From: an uncultured Acidobacteriota bacterium
GTDB taxonomy: Bacteria > Acidobacteriota > Thermoanaerobaculia > Multivoradales > SZUA-115
DNA length: 64,000 bases
Assembly: GCA_963805975.1 (NCBI GenBank)
Contig: CAWDVR010000003.1
Coordinates: 704,001 to 768,000, forward strand
Reading direction: 5' to 3'
Position numbers and translations under genes: made by a program. The notes under the pieces were generated by a model that searched no databases, had not been told where the DNA came from, and worked only from the letters and a program-made list of their open reading frames with translations. The first letter of the stretch is position 1; every line of letters starts with the position of its first letter. This document shows positions 9,928-18,466 of this stretch, piece after piece.

Positions 9928-10314
9928 ATGAAGGCCAAGCCCAAGACCCTCACCGAGCAGGAGCTGCCGATCATGAAAGTGATCTGGGAGCTGGGCACCG
10001 CCACCGTGCGCGAGGTGTACGAGGAGCTGCGCAAGGAGCGCTCGGTCGCCTACACCACGGTGATGACGATGATGAACATCCTTGAGAGCAAGGGCCACCT
10101 GGTGAAGCGGCCGGTGGGGCGGGCCTACCTCTACCAGCCCGTGCAGGCGAAGGGCAAGACCATCGCGGGCTTGGTGGACGATTTCGTCGAGCGCGTCTTC
10201 GACGGCGCTGCGACGCCCCTGGTCCTCTCCCTGATCCGCGACCGCAAGCTCTCGGAGCAGGAGCTGGAAGAGATCTCCCGTCTGATCGCCGAGACCCCGG
10301 AGGAACCCCGATGA
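9928..10314 (+). CDS. blaI: BlaI/MecI/CopY-family repressor
   Basis: LTEQELPIMKVIW, AYTTVMTMMNILESKG, FVERVFDG; coupled to the M56 gene. Confidence 0.92.
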   Translation: MKAKPKTLTEQELPIMKVIWELGTATVREVYEELRKERSVAYTTVMTMMNILESKGHLVKRPVGRAYLYQPVQAKGKTIAGLVDDFVERVFDGAATPLVLSLIRDRKLSEQELEEISRLIAETPEEPR

Positions 10315-11606
10315 GCGCCTCTCTCTGGCTGGCGAACCTCGTGGCCTGGTGGCTCCAGGCCTCGCTCGTCCTCGCCGTCGGGCTGCTCTTGTCCTACGTG
10401 CTTCCACTCCCACCGGTACCGCGCCTGCGCTACCTCCAGGGCCTGCTCGCCGCGGTCGTCGCGCTGCCGCTCGTCCAGCTTCCGGGCGCGCCGCTGCGTT
10501 TCGCGGTCGAGGTGGAGGCCGGCGGCGGATGGCTGGCGGACCTGGCCGCCGGGCCGGCTAGGGGGGCCGGGATCGGGCTCTCGATGAGCGGCTGGCTGCT
10601 GGCGCTCCTCGTCCTGGGCACTGTCGCCCGCCTCGGCTGGCTCTTCCTCGGCTGGCTGGCTCTCGCCAACCGGGTACGGGGCGCGCAGCCCGCCGCGTCG
10701 TCGCCGGTGCTCGAGGAGATGCGCCGTCGTATGGGCACCGAGGCCCGCTTCCTGGTCTCGCCGCAGGCGCCGGGTCCGGTGACCTTCGGCTGGCGGCGCC
10801 CCGTGGTGCTGCTCCCGGCCGGCTTCTCCGCGTTGCCGCTCGAGGCCCAGCGCGCCATCGCCTGTCACGAGCTGCTGCACGTCACCCGCCGCGATTGGCC
10901 TGCCATGCTCGTCGAAGAGAGCTTGCGGGCGGCGCTCTGGTTCCATCCCGGCGTCTGCCTGCTGCTCGCCCGCCTCGACCTCGCCCGCGAGCAGGTGGTG
11001 GACGCCGAGGTGGTGCGGCTCACCGGCCAGCGCCGTGCCTACCTCGCGGCCCTGTGGTCGATCGCCACCCATCCGGCGGCGGCCACCGGGTTGCCCTTCC
11101 TCAAACGCAGCCACCTGCTGTCGCGGGTGGCCCAACTCGCCAAGGAGGTACCTATGCGTAGATCCCGACTCCTGCTCCGGCTCGTAGCCTCGAGCGCCGC
11201 GCTGGCCGCGGCCGCCTGGCTCGGCATCTGGAGCATCCCGATGAGCGGCGTGGCGTACGCGGCGGACGGCGCCAAGAAGCAAGGAGAGGTGATGCGGGTC
11301 GGCGGCGACGTGCAGCCGCCCCGCCGGCTGAGCGGCGACGATCCCGTCTATCCGAAGCTGCCGCGCGACGAGAAGATCGAGGGCAAGGCCATTCTCGATT
11401 GCGTGATCGATACCCGCGGCAAGGTCACCAGCATCGCGGTGGCGCAGTCCGCCGGGCATGCCGACCTGGACCAGGCCGCGCGCGACGCCGTCGCCACCTG
11501 GACCTTCGCTCCGGCCACGCTCGGCGGCAAGCCCGTCTCCGTGCACTACACGATCACCCTGAACTTCCAGCTCGACTCCGAGAAGAACCCCAAGAAGGCG
11601 GGCTGA
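10311..11606 (+). CDS. BlaR1-like M56 metallopeptidase fused to a TonB C-terminal domain
   Basis: PGPVTFGWRRPVVLLP, HELLH zinc motif, WFHP; C-terminal PVYP...LDQAARDAVATWTFAPA TonB-C pattern. Confidence 0.9.
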   Translation: MSASLWLANLVAWWLQASLVLAVGLLLSYVLPLPPVPRLRYLQGLLAAVVALPLVQLPGAPLRFAVEVEAGGGWLADLAAGPARGAGIGLSMSGWLLALLVLGTVARLGWLFLGWLALANRVRGAQPAASSPVLEEMRRRMGTEARFLVSPQAPGPVTFGWRRPVVLLPAGFSALPLEAQRAIACHELLHVTRRDWPAMLVEESLRAALWFHPGVCLLLARLDLAREQVVDAEVVRLTGQRRAYLAALWSIATHPAAATGLPFLKRSHLLSRVAQLAKEVPMRRSRLLLRLVASSAALAAAAWLGIWSIPMSGVAYAADGAKKQGEVMRVGGDVQPPRRLSGDDPVYPKLPRDEKIEGKAILDCVIDTRGKVTSIAVAQSAGHADLDQAARDAVATWTFAPATLGGKPVSVHYTITLNFQLDSEKNPKKAG

Positions 11607-11687
11607 GAGGCCCACCGCCGCGGGGGAAAACGGTGCCGGAGGCGGCGCCTTGGGGGATACTCTGTCCTGCTACCCGGGAGGATCCTC

Positions 11688-12146
11688 ATGGGCACCGCCT
11701 CCGACTTCCTCGCCAAGCTCTCGCGCTGGCTCCTGCTCGGGGGGGCCGTCGTCCTCTTCATCGTCACTCTCCACCATGCCGCGGGCTACGTCACGGCCTC
11801 GATCGCCGTGGCCAACAGCGGCCTGACACCGGAGCTCAAGCAATCGGTCCGCGCCCTGTGGCTGGGCTTCTCGCTGCAGGCGCTGGTGACCGCGCTGGTG
11901 GTGCTGATCGCGGCCTTCCGGCCGCTCTCGATCTCGGCGCCCGTGCTGGTGATCTGCGCCCTGCTGCCGGCGCTCAACGCGGCGCTCCTCTTCTCGTACC
12001 GCGGCAACCTCGCGGGCGCCGCGTTGCTCGCCGTCGGTGCCCTCCTGGTGATCGCGGGTGCGGCTCTCCGGCCGCGTGCGCCGAAGCCGCCGGCCCCCCT
12101 TCCTCCCAACTTCGTACCGCCCAAGCCCGGCGAGGTGACCCGATGA
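11688..12146 (+). CDS. Hypothetical 4-TM membrane protein
   Basis: GGAGG RBS, four hydrophobic segments, ATGA overlap with next gene. Confidence 0.7.
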   Translation: MGTASDFLAKLSRWLLLGGAVVLFIVTLHHAAGYVTASIAVANSGLTPELKQSVRALWLGFSLQALVTALVVLIAAFRPLSISAPVLVICALLPALNAALLFSYRGNLAGAALLAVGALLVIAGAALRPRAPKPPAPLPPNFVPPKPGEVTR

Positions 12147-12703
12147 TCGCCCACACCATTCTCTGGCGCCGGCTGGATCGCCCCGGCCACGAAGCCGCAC
12201 GCCTCGCTTTCGAGGAAGGTGCCTGGCACCTCTCGGGCACGGCGGTCTTCGTACACGAAGAGCAACCGTGCCGGCTGGACTATGCCGTGGTCTGCGACCC
12301 GGCGTGGCACACCACCTCGGCGCGCGTGGCAGGTTGGGTGGGCGGCGAGACAGTCGCCTACGAGATCGAGGTGGACCGGGCCCGGCGGTGGTGGGTGAAC
12401 GGCGTCGAGAGCCCGGAGGCGGCGGGTGCGCTGGACGTGGATCTCGCCATCAGCCCCTCGACCAACCTGCTGCCGATCCGCCGCCTGAGCCTCGCGGTGG
12501 GGCAGGAGGAAGAGGTGCGGGCCGCTTGGTTGCGCTTCCCCGGCTTCACCCTGGAGCGTCTCGATCAGGTCTACCGCCGCACCGGCCTCACCACCTACCG
12601 CTACGAGAGCGCGGGCGGCTCCTTTGTAACCGATCTCGAGGTGAACGAGACCGGTTTCGTCACTCTCTACCCCCGTCTCTGGCAGGCCGAAGCGGGAGCC
12701 TGA
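12143..12703 (+). CDS. Putative glycolipid-binding domain protein
   Basis: ILWRRLDRPGHE, DVDLAISPSTNLLPIRRL, QVYRR, GFVTLYPRLW family pattern. Confidence 0.8.
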   Translation: MIAHTILWRRLDRPGHEAARLAFEEGAWHLSGTAVFVHEEQPCRLDYAVVCDPAWHTTSARVAGWVGGETVAYEIEVDRARRWWVNGVESPEAAGALDVDLAISPSTNLLPIRRLSLAVGQEEEVRAAWLRFPGFTLERLDQVYRRTGLTTYRYESAGGSFVTDLEVNETGFVTLYPRLWQAEAGA

Positions 12704-12761
12704 CCGGCGACGCGGGGAACGGTGGTCCCGCGAGCCGCGCTCGATATAGACTCTCGTCGAT

Positions 12762-14240
12762 ATGTCGACCCGGGCCGTCTCTGGCACGCTGGCTCTTCTC
12801 GCTCTGGTCGGGCTCCCGGCGTCCGGTGCGGTCTACGAGGTCGGCCCCGCGCAGCCGCTGACCTCCATCGGCCAAGTGCCCTGGGCCACGCTGGCGCCGG
12901 GGGATGAGGTGCGGATCCACTGGCGCTCGACGCCGTACCGCGAGAAGTGGGTGCTCAACCGCCGCGGCACGGCCTCGCAGCCGATCGTGGTGCGCGGCGT
13001 GCCGGGGCCGGGTGGCGAGCTGCCGGTGGTGAGCGGCGAGAACGCCACCACGGCCGACCCGCTCGACTTCTGGAACGACGAGCGTGCCGTGCTCAAGATC
13101 GGCGGCTCGAACGTGCCGGCCGACGGCTTGCCCGGCTACCTGGTGATCGAAGGCATCGAGCTCCGCTCCGCCCGCCCGCCGTACACGTTCTCGGACGACG
13201 GCGGCGTCACCCGCACCTACGCGACCAACGCGGCGTCGATCTACGTCGAGAAGGCCGAGCACCTGACCATCCGCGGCTGCATCCTCCGCGACTCGGGCAA
13301 CGGCCTCTTCGTCGCCGCCTTCGACGGCGACACCCAGGACATTCTGATCGAGGGCAACTGGATCCTGGACAACGGCATCGTCGGCAGCGGCTTCGAGCAC
13401 AACACCTACACCGCGGCGCGCGGCATCATCTACCAGGGCAACCGCTTCGGCCCCCTGCGCAGCGGCGCCGGCGGCAACAACCTGAAGGACCGCTCGGCGG
13501 GCCTCGTGGTGCGCTACAACTGGATCGAGGGCGGCAACCGCCAGCTCGACCTGGTGGACGCCGAGGACACGGACGTGATCGTCCAAGACCCGCGCTACCG
13601 GCAGACCTTCGTCTACGGCAACGTGCTGATCGAGCCGGACGGCGCGGGCAACAGCCAGATCGTGCACTACGGCGGCGACAGCGGCGACGAGGAGATCTAC
13701 CGCAAGGGCACGCTCCACTTCTACAACAACACCGTGGTTTCGAGCCGCAGCGGCAACACCACGCTGCTGCGGCTCTCGACCAACGACGAGCACGCCGACG
13801 TGCGCAACAACGTGCTCTACGTCACGGCGACAGGCAACCGGCTGGCGATGCTCGACGAGACCGGCGTGCTGGACCTCTCGCACAACTGGCTGAAGCCGGG
13901 CTGGGTCGACACACACGGCAGCCTCGCCGGCACCATCGACGACGACGGCACCAGCGTCGAGGGCCCGGCGCCCGGCTTCGTGGACCTCGCGGGGCAGGAC
14001 TTCCACCTGGCCGCGGGCTCCACGGCAGAGGACGCCGGCACCGCGCTGGCCCTCGGCACTCTGCCGGCAAACGACGTGCTCCGCGAGTACGTGCGCCACC
14101 AGGCGACCGTGGCGCGCTACCCCGACCCGCCCCTCGATTTGGGCGCCTTCGAGCGCTGCCCCACGAGCCCCTGCGGCGCCCTCTTCACCGACGGCTTCGA
14201 GACCGGCGACACCTCTGCCTGGTCGACGGTCGTGCCGTGA
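12762..14240 (+). CDS. Secreted right-handed beta-helix protein (putative polysaccharide-active enzyme)
   Basis: Signal peptide, parallel beta-helix repeats (ILIEGNWI, EHNTY, GNNLKDRS, YNNTVV), C-terminal LFTDGFETGD motif. Confidence 0.82.
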   Translation: MSTRAVSGTLALLALVGLPASGAVYEVGPAQPLTSIGQVPWATLAPGDEVRIHWRSTPYREKWVLNRRGTASQPIVVRGVPGPGGELPVVSGENATTADPLDFWNDERAVLKIGGSNVPADGLPGYLVIEGIELRSARPPYTFSDDGGVTRTYATNAASIYVEKAEHLTIRGCILRDSGNGLFVAAFDGDTQDILIEGNWILDNGIVGSGFEHNTYTAARGIIYQGNRFGPLRSGAGGNNLKDRSAGLVVRYNWIEGGNRQLDLVDAEDTDVIVQDPRYRQTFVYGNVLIEPDGAGNSQIVHYGGDSGDEEIYRKGTLHFYNNTVVSSRSGNTTLLRLSTNDEHADVRNNVLYVTATGNRLAMLDETGVLDLSHNWLKPGWVDTHGSLAGTIDDDGTSVEGPAPGFVDLAGQDFHLAAGSTAEDAGTALALGTLPANDVLREYVRHQATVARYPDPPLDLGAFERCPTSPCGALFTDGFETGDTSAWSTVVP

Positions 14241-14302
14241 TGCGAGGATTGGGTTAGGCTCCATCGCAGCGGCTTCGCGCACGCCGTGGGAGGCGAGCCA
14301 GG

Positions 14303-14527
14303 ATGACGATCAGGGAAATCGAGATGGTGGCTCTCGAGCTCGATGCACGCGACCGGGCGCGCCTCGCCGAGCGATTGTTGACCAGTCTGGAGGATCTCTC
14401 CGAGGCCGAGGTAGAGCGCTTGTGGCTCGATGAGGCGGAGCGCCGGGACCAGGCGCTAGACAGGGGTGAGCTGGAGGCCTTTCCCGCCGCCGATGTCTTC
14501 CGCGACCTCCGGTCCCGGCTTGGATGA
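14303..14527 (+). CDS. Addiction-module antitoxin component (TIGR02574-like)
   Basis: ALELDARDRARLAERLLTSL...WLDEAERR pattern; ATGA-coupled to ParE-like gene. Confidence 0.82.
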   Translation: MTIREIEMVALELDARDRARLAERLLTSLEDLSEAEVERLWLDEAERRDQALDRGELEAFPAADVFRDLRSRLG

Positions 14528-14818
14528 GGCGGGTCCCTTCCTTCAACCGCCTCGCCAGGCAGGAAATGCTCGAGGCGATGTTGTACTACGACGCGGAAGC
14601 GTCAGGACTGGGTGGCAGGTTCCTTTCGGCCGTGGAAGGCGGTCGCCGAGCTGGTTGAGTTTCCGGAAGCCGCCCCCGCCCTCCGCCGAGGCATCCGTTG
14701 CAAGCGAGTGCTCCGGTTCCCGTACAGCCTGTTCTACAAGTCCACGGACGCTGAGATCCGCGTCCTTGCAGTCAGCCATCACAAGCGACGGCCTTTCTAC
14801 TGGACTGGCCGCTCGTAA
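14524..14818 (+). pseudogene. parE: ParE/RelE-family toxin, frameshifted near 14635 (real or sequencing indel)
   Basis: MRRVPSFNRLARQEMLEAMLYYDAEASGLGGRFLSAVE from 14524 continues in another frame as KAVAELVEFPE...RFPYSLFY...IRVLAVSHHKRRPFYW. Confidence 0.8.
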
Positions 14819-14894
14819 GCCACTCCTCACAGCGCTCGCCTCCTGAGCCACCGCCGTCCTCCGCCTCGTACAATGACGCCGGAGGGATGAAGCC

Positions 14895-15302
14895 ATGAAT
14901 CAGCATGTGGAGACTGTCCAGGCGATCTACGAAGCGTTCGGCCGCGGTGACGTGCCGGCGATCCTCGAGCATCTGCACGAGGACGTGCGCTGGGAGGAGT
15001 GGGCCGACAACCGGGCGCAGGCGGCCGGCGTGGCCTGGCTCCTACCGCGACATGGCAAGAGCGGCGCGGTGGAGTTCTTTAGCGTCGTGGGACAGTTTCA
15101 GTTCCACGAGTTCCAGGTGCTCTCGCTGCTGGCGGGCGGCAACCAGGTGGTCGCCGAGCTCGTGGTCGACGCCACCATCCCCGCGAGCGGCACCCGCCTG
15201 CGCGACGAGGAGATGCACCTCTGGACCTTCGACGACGCCGGTCAGGTGGTGCGCTTCCGTCACTACATCGACACCGCCAAGCACATCGCCGCGGCGGGGT
15301 AG
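14895..15302 (+). CDS. SnoaL/NTF2-like protein
   Basis: VQAIYEAFGRGDVPAIL...HLWTFDDAGQVVRFRHYIDT. Confidence 0.88.
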   Translation: MNQHVETVQAIYEAFGRGDVPAILEHLHEDVRWEEWADNRAQAAGVAWLLPRHGKSGAVEFFSVVGQFQFHEFQVLSLLAGGNQVVAELVVDATIPASGTRLRDEEMHLWTFDDAGQVVRFRHYIDTAKHIAAAG

Positions 15303-15304
15303 CT

Positions 15305-15708
15305 TCAGTCCTCCGCCACCGTGTCCCAGAAGTCCAGCTCGTAGGCCTGGAGGCCGATGGCGATCGATTCTCCGGCCACCAGGTCGACGAAGAACTGCGC
15401 GCCCGGCGTGGCGCCGAAGCGGGTCACCATGTGGGCGTCGCTCCTCAGGTCGCTGGTCAGGATGTGGTACTGCTCGCCGGCAAAGGCGCGCAGGTTGGCG
15501 CGGGAGACCTGGCGGTTCTCGAGCGCGGTGAGGTAGGGGTGGTTGCGGATCTGCTCCTCGACGGGGCCAGCTCGGCACGGATCGATCGGATCAGGCGCGT
15601 GGCCTTGGGCGTGGGGTCGGAGCCGGAGGCGGCAGCCGGTACGGCGCCGGTGAGAGCGATCAGCAGAGCCAGAAGGAGCACGAGGGGTCGGGTCGAAGGG
15701 TGTCTCAT
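15305..15708 (-). pseudogene. TenA/heme-oxygenase-like helical protein with signal peptide; frameshifted and internally shortened
   Basis: MRHPSTRPLVLLLALL...IRAELAP joins, after a slip in a C run near 15565, VEEQIRNHPYLTALENRQVSRANLRAFAGEQYHILTSD...LQAYELDFWDTVAED*. Confidence 0.6.
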
Positions 15709-15824
15709 GAGTGCGGCCTCCTTGGAAGTTCGCCTATCTCTTCCAGTACTCGGAGCCTGGACGCACGGGACTCTTCGCTCGGGAACGGTTTGCGGGAGTG
15801 CAGAGAGCTTCTAGAATTCCTCCC

Positions 15825-16682
15825 ATGTCCCGGACCTCGCCTCTCGCGCCCGCCGGGCCGCTGCTCGTCGCCGGCCTCTTTCCCGACCTCGGCCGCGAGC
15901 TGGTGCGGCTGCTCCGCGGTCTCGCGCCCGAGGACTGGCTGAAGCCGACGGTCGCCCGCCTGTGGAGCGTGCGCGACGTGGCGGCGCACCTCCTCGACAC
16001 CGCGCTCCGGCGCGTGTCCTACGACCGGGACGACCAGGAGCTGGTCCGCCCGGACCGGCCGATCGGGAGCTACGGCGACCTGGTGGCTTTCCTCGACCAT
16101 CTGAACGCAGCCTGGGTGGAGGCGATGCGCCGGCTGAGCCCGCGCCTGCTGGTGGACTGGATCGAGGCGGCCGAGGAAGATCTCGGAGCCTGCTTTCCGG
16201 CGCTCGATCCCTGGGCCAGAGCGCGCTTCTCCGTGGCCTGGGCCGGCGAGAGCGAGTCGCAGAGCTGGTTCGACGTGGCACGCGAGCTCACCGAGCGCTG
16301 GCACCACCAGCAGCAGATCCGCCTCGCGGTGGGCGCGCCACCGCTCACCGAGCCGCGCTTCTCCGAGCCGATTCTCGAGACCTTTCTCCACGCAGTGCCG
16401 CACCGCATGGCAGCGGTCGAGGCGCCGGAGGGCACGGCGCTCGCGATCACCCTGCGCGGCGAGCGGGACTACCTCTACACCGTGCGCCGGGAGGCGCCGG
16501 GCTGGAAGCTCTACCGAGGGCAGGAAGGGGAGAGCGAGGCGAGCATCCTCCTCGCCGAGGAGCCGGCCTGGCTGCTCTTCACCAAGGGGCTTCCCGGCGC
16601 CGAGGCCCGCCGTCAGGCCCAGGTCGAGGGCCGTGCGGAGCTGAGCGATCGATTCTTCGTCACCCTGGCCGTGATGGCCTGA
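15825..16682 (+). CDS. Maleylpyruvate isomerase N-terminal (DinB/MDMPI) family protein
   Basis: WSVRDVAAHLLD, ELTERWHHQQQIRLAVG. Confidence 0.82.
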   Translation: MSRTSPLAPAGPLLVAGLFPDLGRELVRLLRGLAPEDWLKPTVARLWSVRDVAAHLLDTALRRVSYDRDDQELVRPDRPIGSYGDLVAFLDHLNAAWVEAMRRLSPRLLVDWIEAAEEDLGACFPALDPWARARFSVAWAGESESQSWFDVARELTERWHHQQQIRLAVGAPPLTEPRFSEPILETFLHAVPHRMAAVEAPEGTALAITLRGERDYLYTVRREAPGWKLYRGQEGESEASILLAEEPAWLLFTKGLPGAEARRQAQVEGRAELSDRFFVTLAVMA

Positions 16683-16724
16683 GGGTGCTCTCTCTACCTC
16701 TCGACTACGGAAGGTGAACCCACG

Positions 16725-17627
16725 ATGGCGCGGATCTCTCGATGGCTGGCGGGAGCGTGTTTTCTGGCGTTGACGGCCTGCTCCTCGGCGCCGCCACCGT
16801 CCGCTCCGGCGCGTGCGCCCGAGGCACGGGCCGAGCAGGAGGCGAAGCTCGCCGCGGCCCAGGCCGACCTCGCCGCCCGGCCGGACGATCCCGAGGCCTG
16901 GATCTGGGTGGGCCGCCGGATCGCCTACCTCGGGCGCTACGGGGAAGCGATCGAGATCTTCACGCGGGGGAACGAACGTTTCCCGGACGACGCCCGGTTT
17001 CTCCGCCACCGCGGCCATCGCTACGTCACGGTCCGCCGCTTTGCCGACGCGGCTCGCGACCTCGAGCGCGCGGCCGGGCTGGTGCGGGGCCGGCCGGACG
17101 AGATCGAGCCGGACGGCCTGCCGAATGCGGCCAACGTCCCTACCAGCACCCTGCAATCGAACGTCTGGTACCACCTCGGGCTGGCGCGCTATCTCCAGGG
17201 CGACTTCGAGCGCGCTCTCGACGCGTACACCGAGTGCATGGCGGTGTCCGAGAACCCGGACATGGAGGTGGCCAGCCGCTACTGGCTGTATCTCACGCTG
17301 CGGCGGCTCGGGCGCGAAGGCGAGGCGCAGGCCGTGGTGGCGGCCGTGCCGGCGCGGCTCGATCTGCTCGAGAGCCACGCCTACCACCGCCTGCTGCTGA
17401 TGTTCCGTGGCGAGGCCGATCCCGAAGCGCTGCTCGCCGAGGCGAGCGTGGACCGCTCCTCGCTCGACTTCCCGACCGTCAGCTACGGTGTGGGCCTGCA
17501 CTTCCTGTTGCGGGGCGAGAGCCGGCGCGCCCGCGAGATCTTCGAGCGCCTGGCGGCGAGCGACGCCTGGGCCGCCTTCGGCGCTATCGCGGCCGAGGCC
17601 GAGCTGGCGCGCCCCCCGGCGGCCTAG
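16725..17627 (+). CDS. TPR-repeat lipoprotein
   Basis: Lipobox LTAC; TPR-like helices (AYLGRYGEAI, WYHLGLARYLQGDFERAL). Confidence 0.8.
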   Translation: MARISRWLAGACFLALTACSSAPPPSAPARAPEARAEQEAKLAAAQADLAARPDDPEAWIWVGRRIAYLGRYGEAIEIFTRGNERFPDDARFLRHRGHRYVTVRRFADAARDLERAAGLVRGRPDEIEPDGLPNAANVPTSTLQSNVWYHLGLARYLQGDFERALDAYTECMAVSENPDMEVASRYWLYLTLRRLGREGEAQAVVAAVPARLDLLESHAYHRLLLMFRGEADPEALLAEASVDRSSLDFPTVSYGVGLHFLLRGESRRAREIFERLAASDAWAAFGAIAAEAELARPPAA

Positions 17628-17811
17628 TCACGTTTTCGGGCGCGTCGAGCCACTACCACGACGGAGCTTTGGCGGGACGCAGGGCAAGCGGTGGCACGGC
17701 GTTGCTCAAGCAACTATTTCCGTGTCCGCTGCTGGCTTGTGTAGTCCTCTCGCACGTGCTCTATGAGCTATGGTTTCGGGTAGGATGAGTCTCGACATCG
17801 AGGGGCCGCAC

Positions 17812-18435
17812 ATGAGCTTGGAAGTCAGCCGGAGCGACGCCGAGGTCGTCCATCCCAGCGGCATCACGCAGTTGCTGCGCGCTCTCGAAGGGGGAGAGAA
17901 GGAAGCCGGCGATCGGCTCTTCGAGGTGGTCTACCAGGAGCTGCGGAAGATCGCCCGCCGCCAGCTCCAGGCGGCGCCCTGGGGGGAGACGCTCAACACC
18001 ACGGCCCTGGTGCACGAGGCCTACCTCAAGCTCTCGCGCGACAGCGGCTGGACGGTGCGCGACCGCTTCCACTTCTTCGCCTTGACCGCCCGCGCCATGC
18101 GCGAGGTGCTGATCGACCACGCCCGCACCCGCATGCGGCAGAAGCGCGGCGGCGGCGTCAAGGCGCTGGACCTCGAAGACGTGCAGATCCCCGTCGCCGA
18201 GCGCGCCGAGGAGCTGGTGGCGCTCGACGAGGCGCTGGAGCGCCTCGAGACGGTGGACCCGGACCTCTCCCGCCTGGTCGAATGGCGGTTCTTCGCCGGT
18301 CTCACGGTGGAGGAGATCGCCTCCACCCTGGAGGTCTCGGAGCGCACCGTCAAGCGCCACTGGCGGACGGCGCGCGCCTTCCTCTTCCAGGAGATGACGG
18401 CGCAGGGATTTGCACCGCGGGGTTGCGCTCCATGA
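17812..18435 (+). CDS. ECF sigma factor, kinase-associated type (TIGR02999/ECF43-like)
   Basis: ITQLL...VYQELRKIARR, TLNTTALVHEAYLKL, VSERTVKRHW; GAGGGG RBS before 17812. Confidence 0.9.
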   Translation: MSLEVSRSDAEVVHPSGITQLLRALEGGEKEAGDRLFEVVYQELRKIARRQLQAAPWGETLNTTALVHEAYLKLSRDSGWTVRDRFHFFALTARAMREVLIDHARTRMRQKRGGGVKALDLEDVQIPVAERAEELVALDEALERLETVDPDLSRLVEWRFFAGLTVEEIASTLEVSERTVKRHWRTARAFLFQEMTAQGFAPRGCAP

Positions 18436-18466
18436 CCGGCCTCGGGTCCGCGGCCGGCGCCGGTCC

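Noticed and set aside
17692-17706. Sigma-54-like TGGCACGGCGTTGCT upstream of the ECF sigma
   Set aside because: GG-to-GC spacing is 9 nt rather than the required 10, unless there is an indel error
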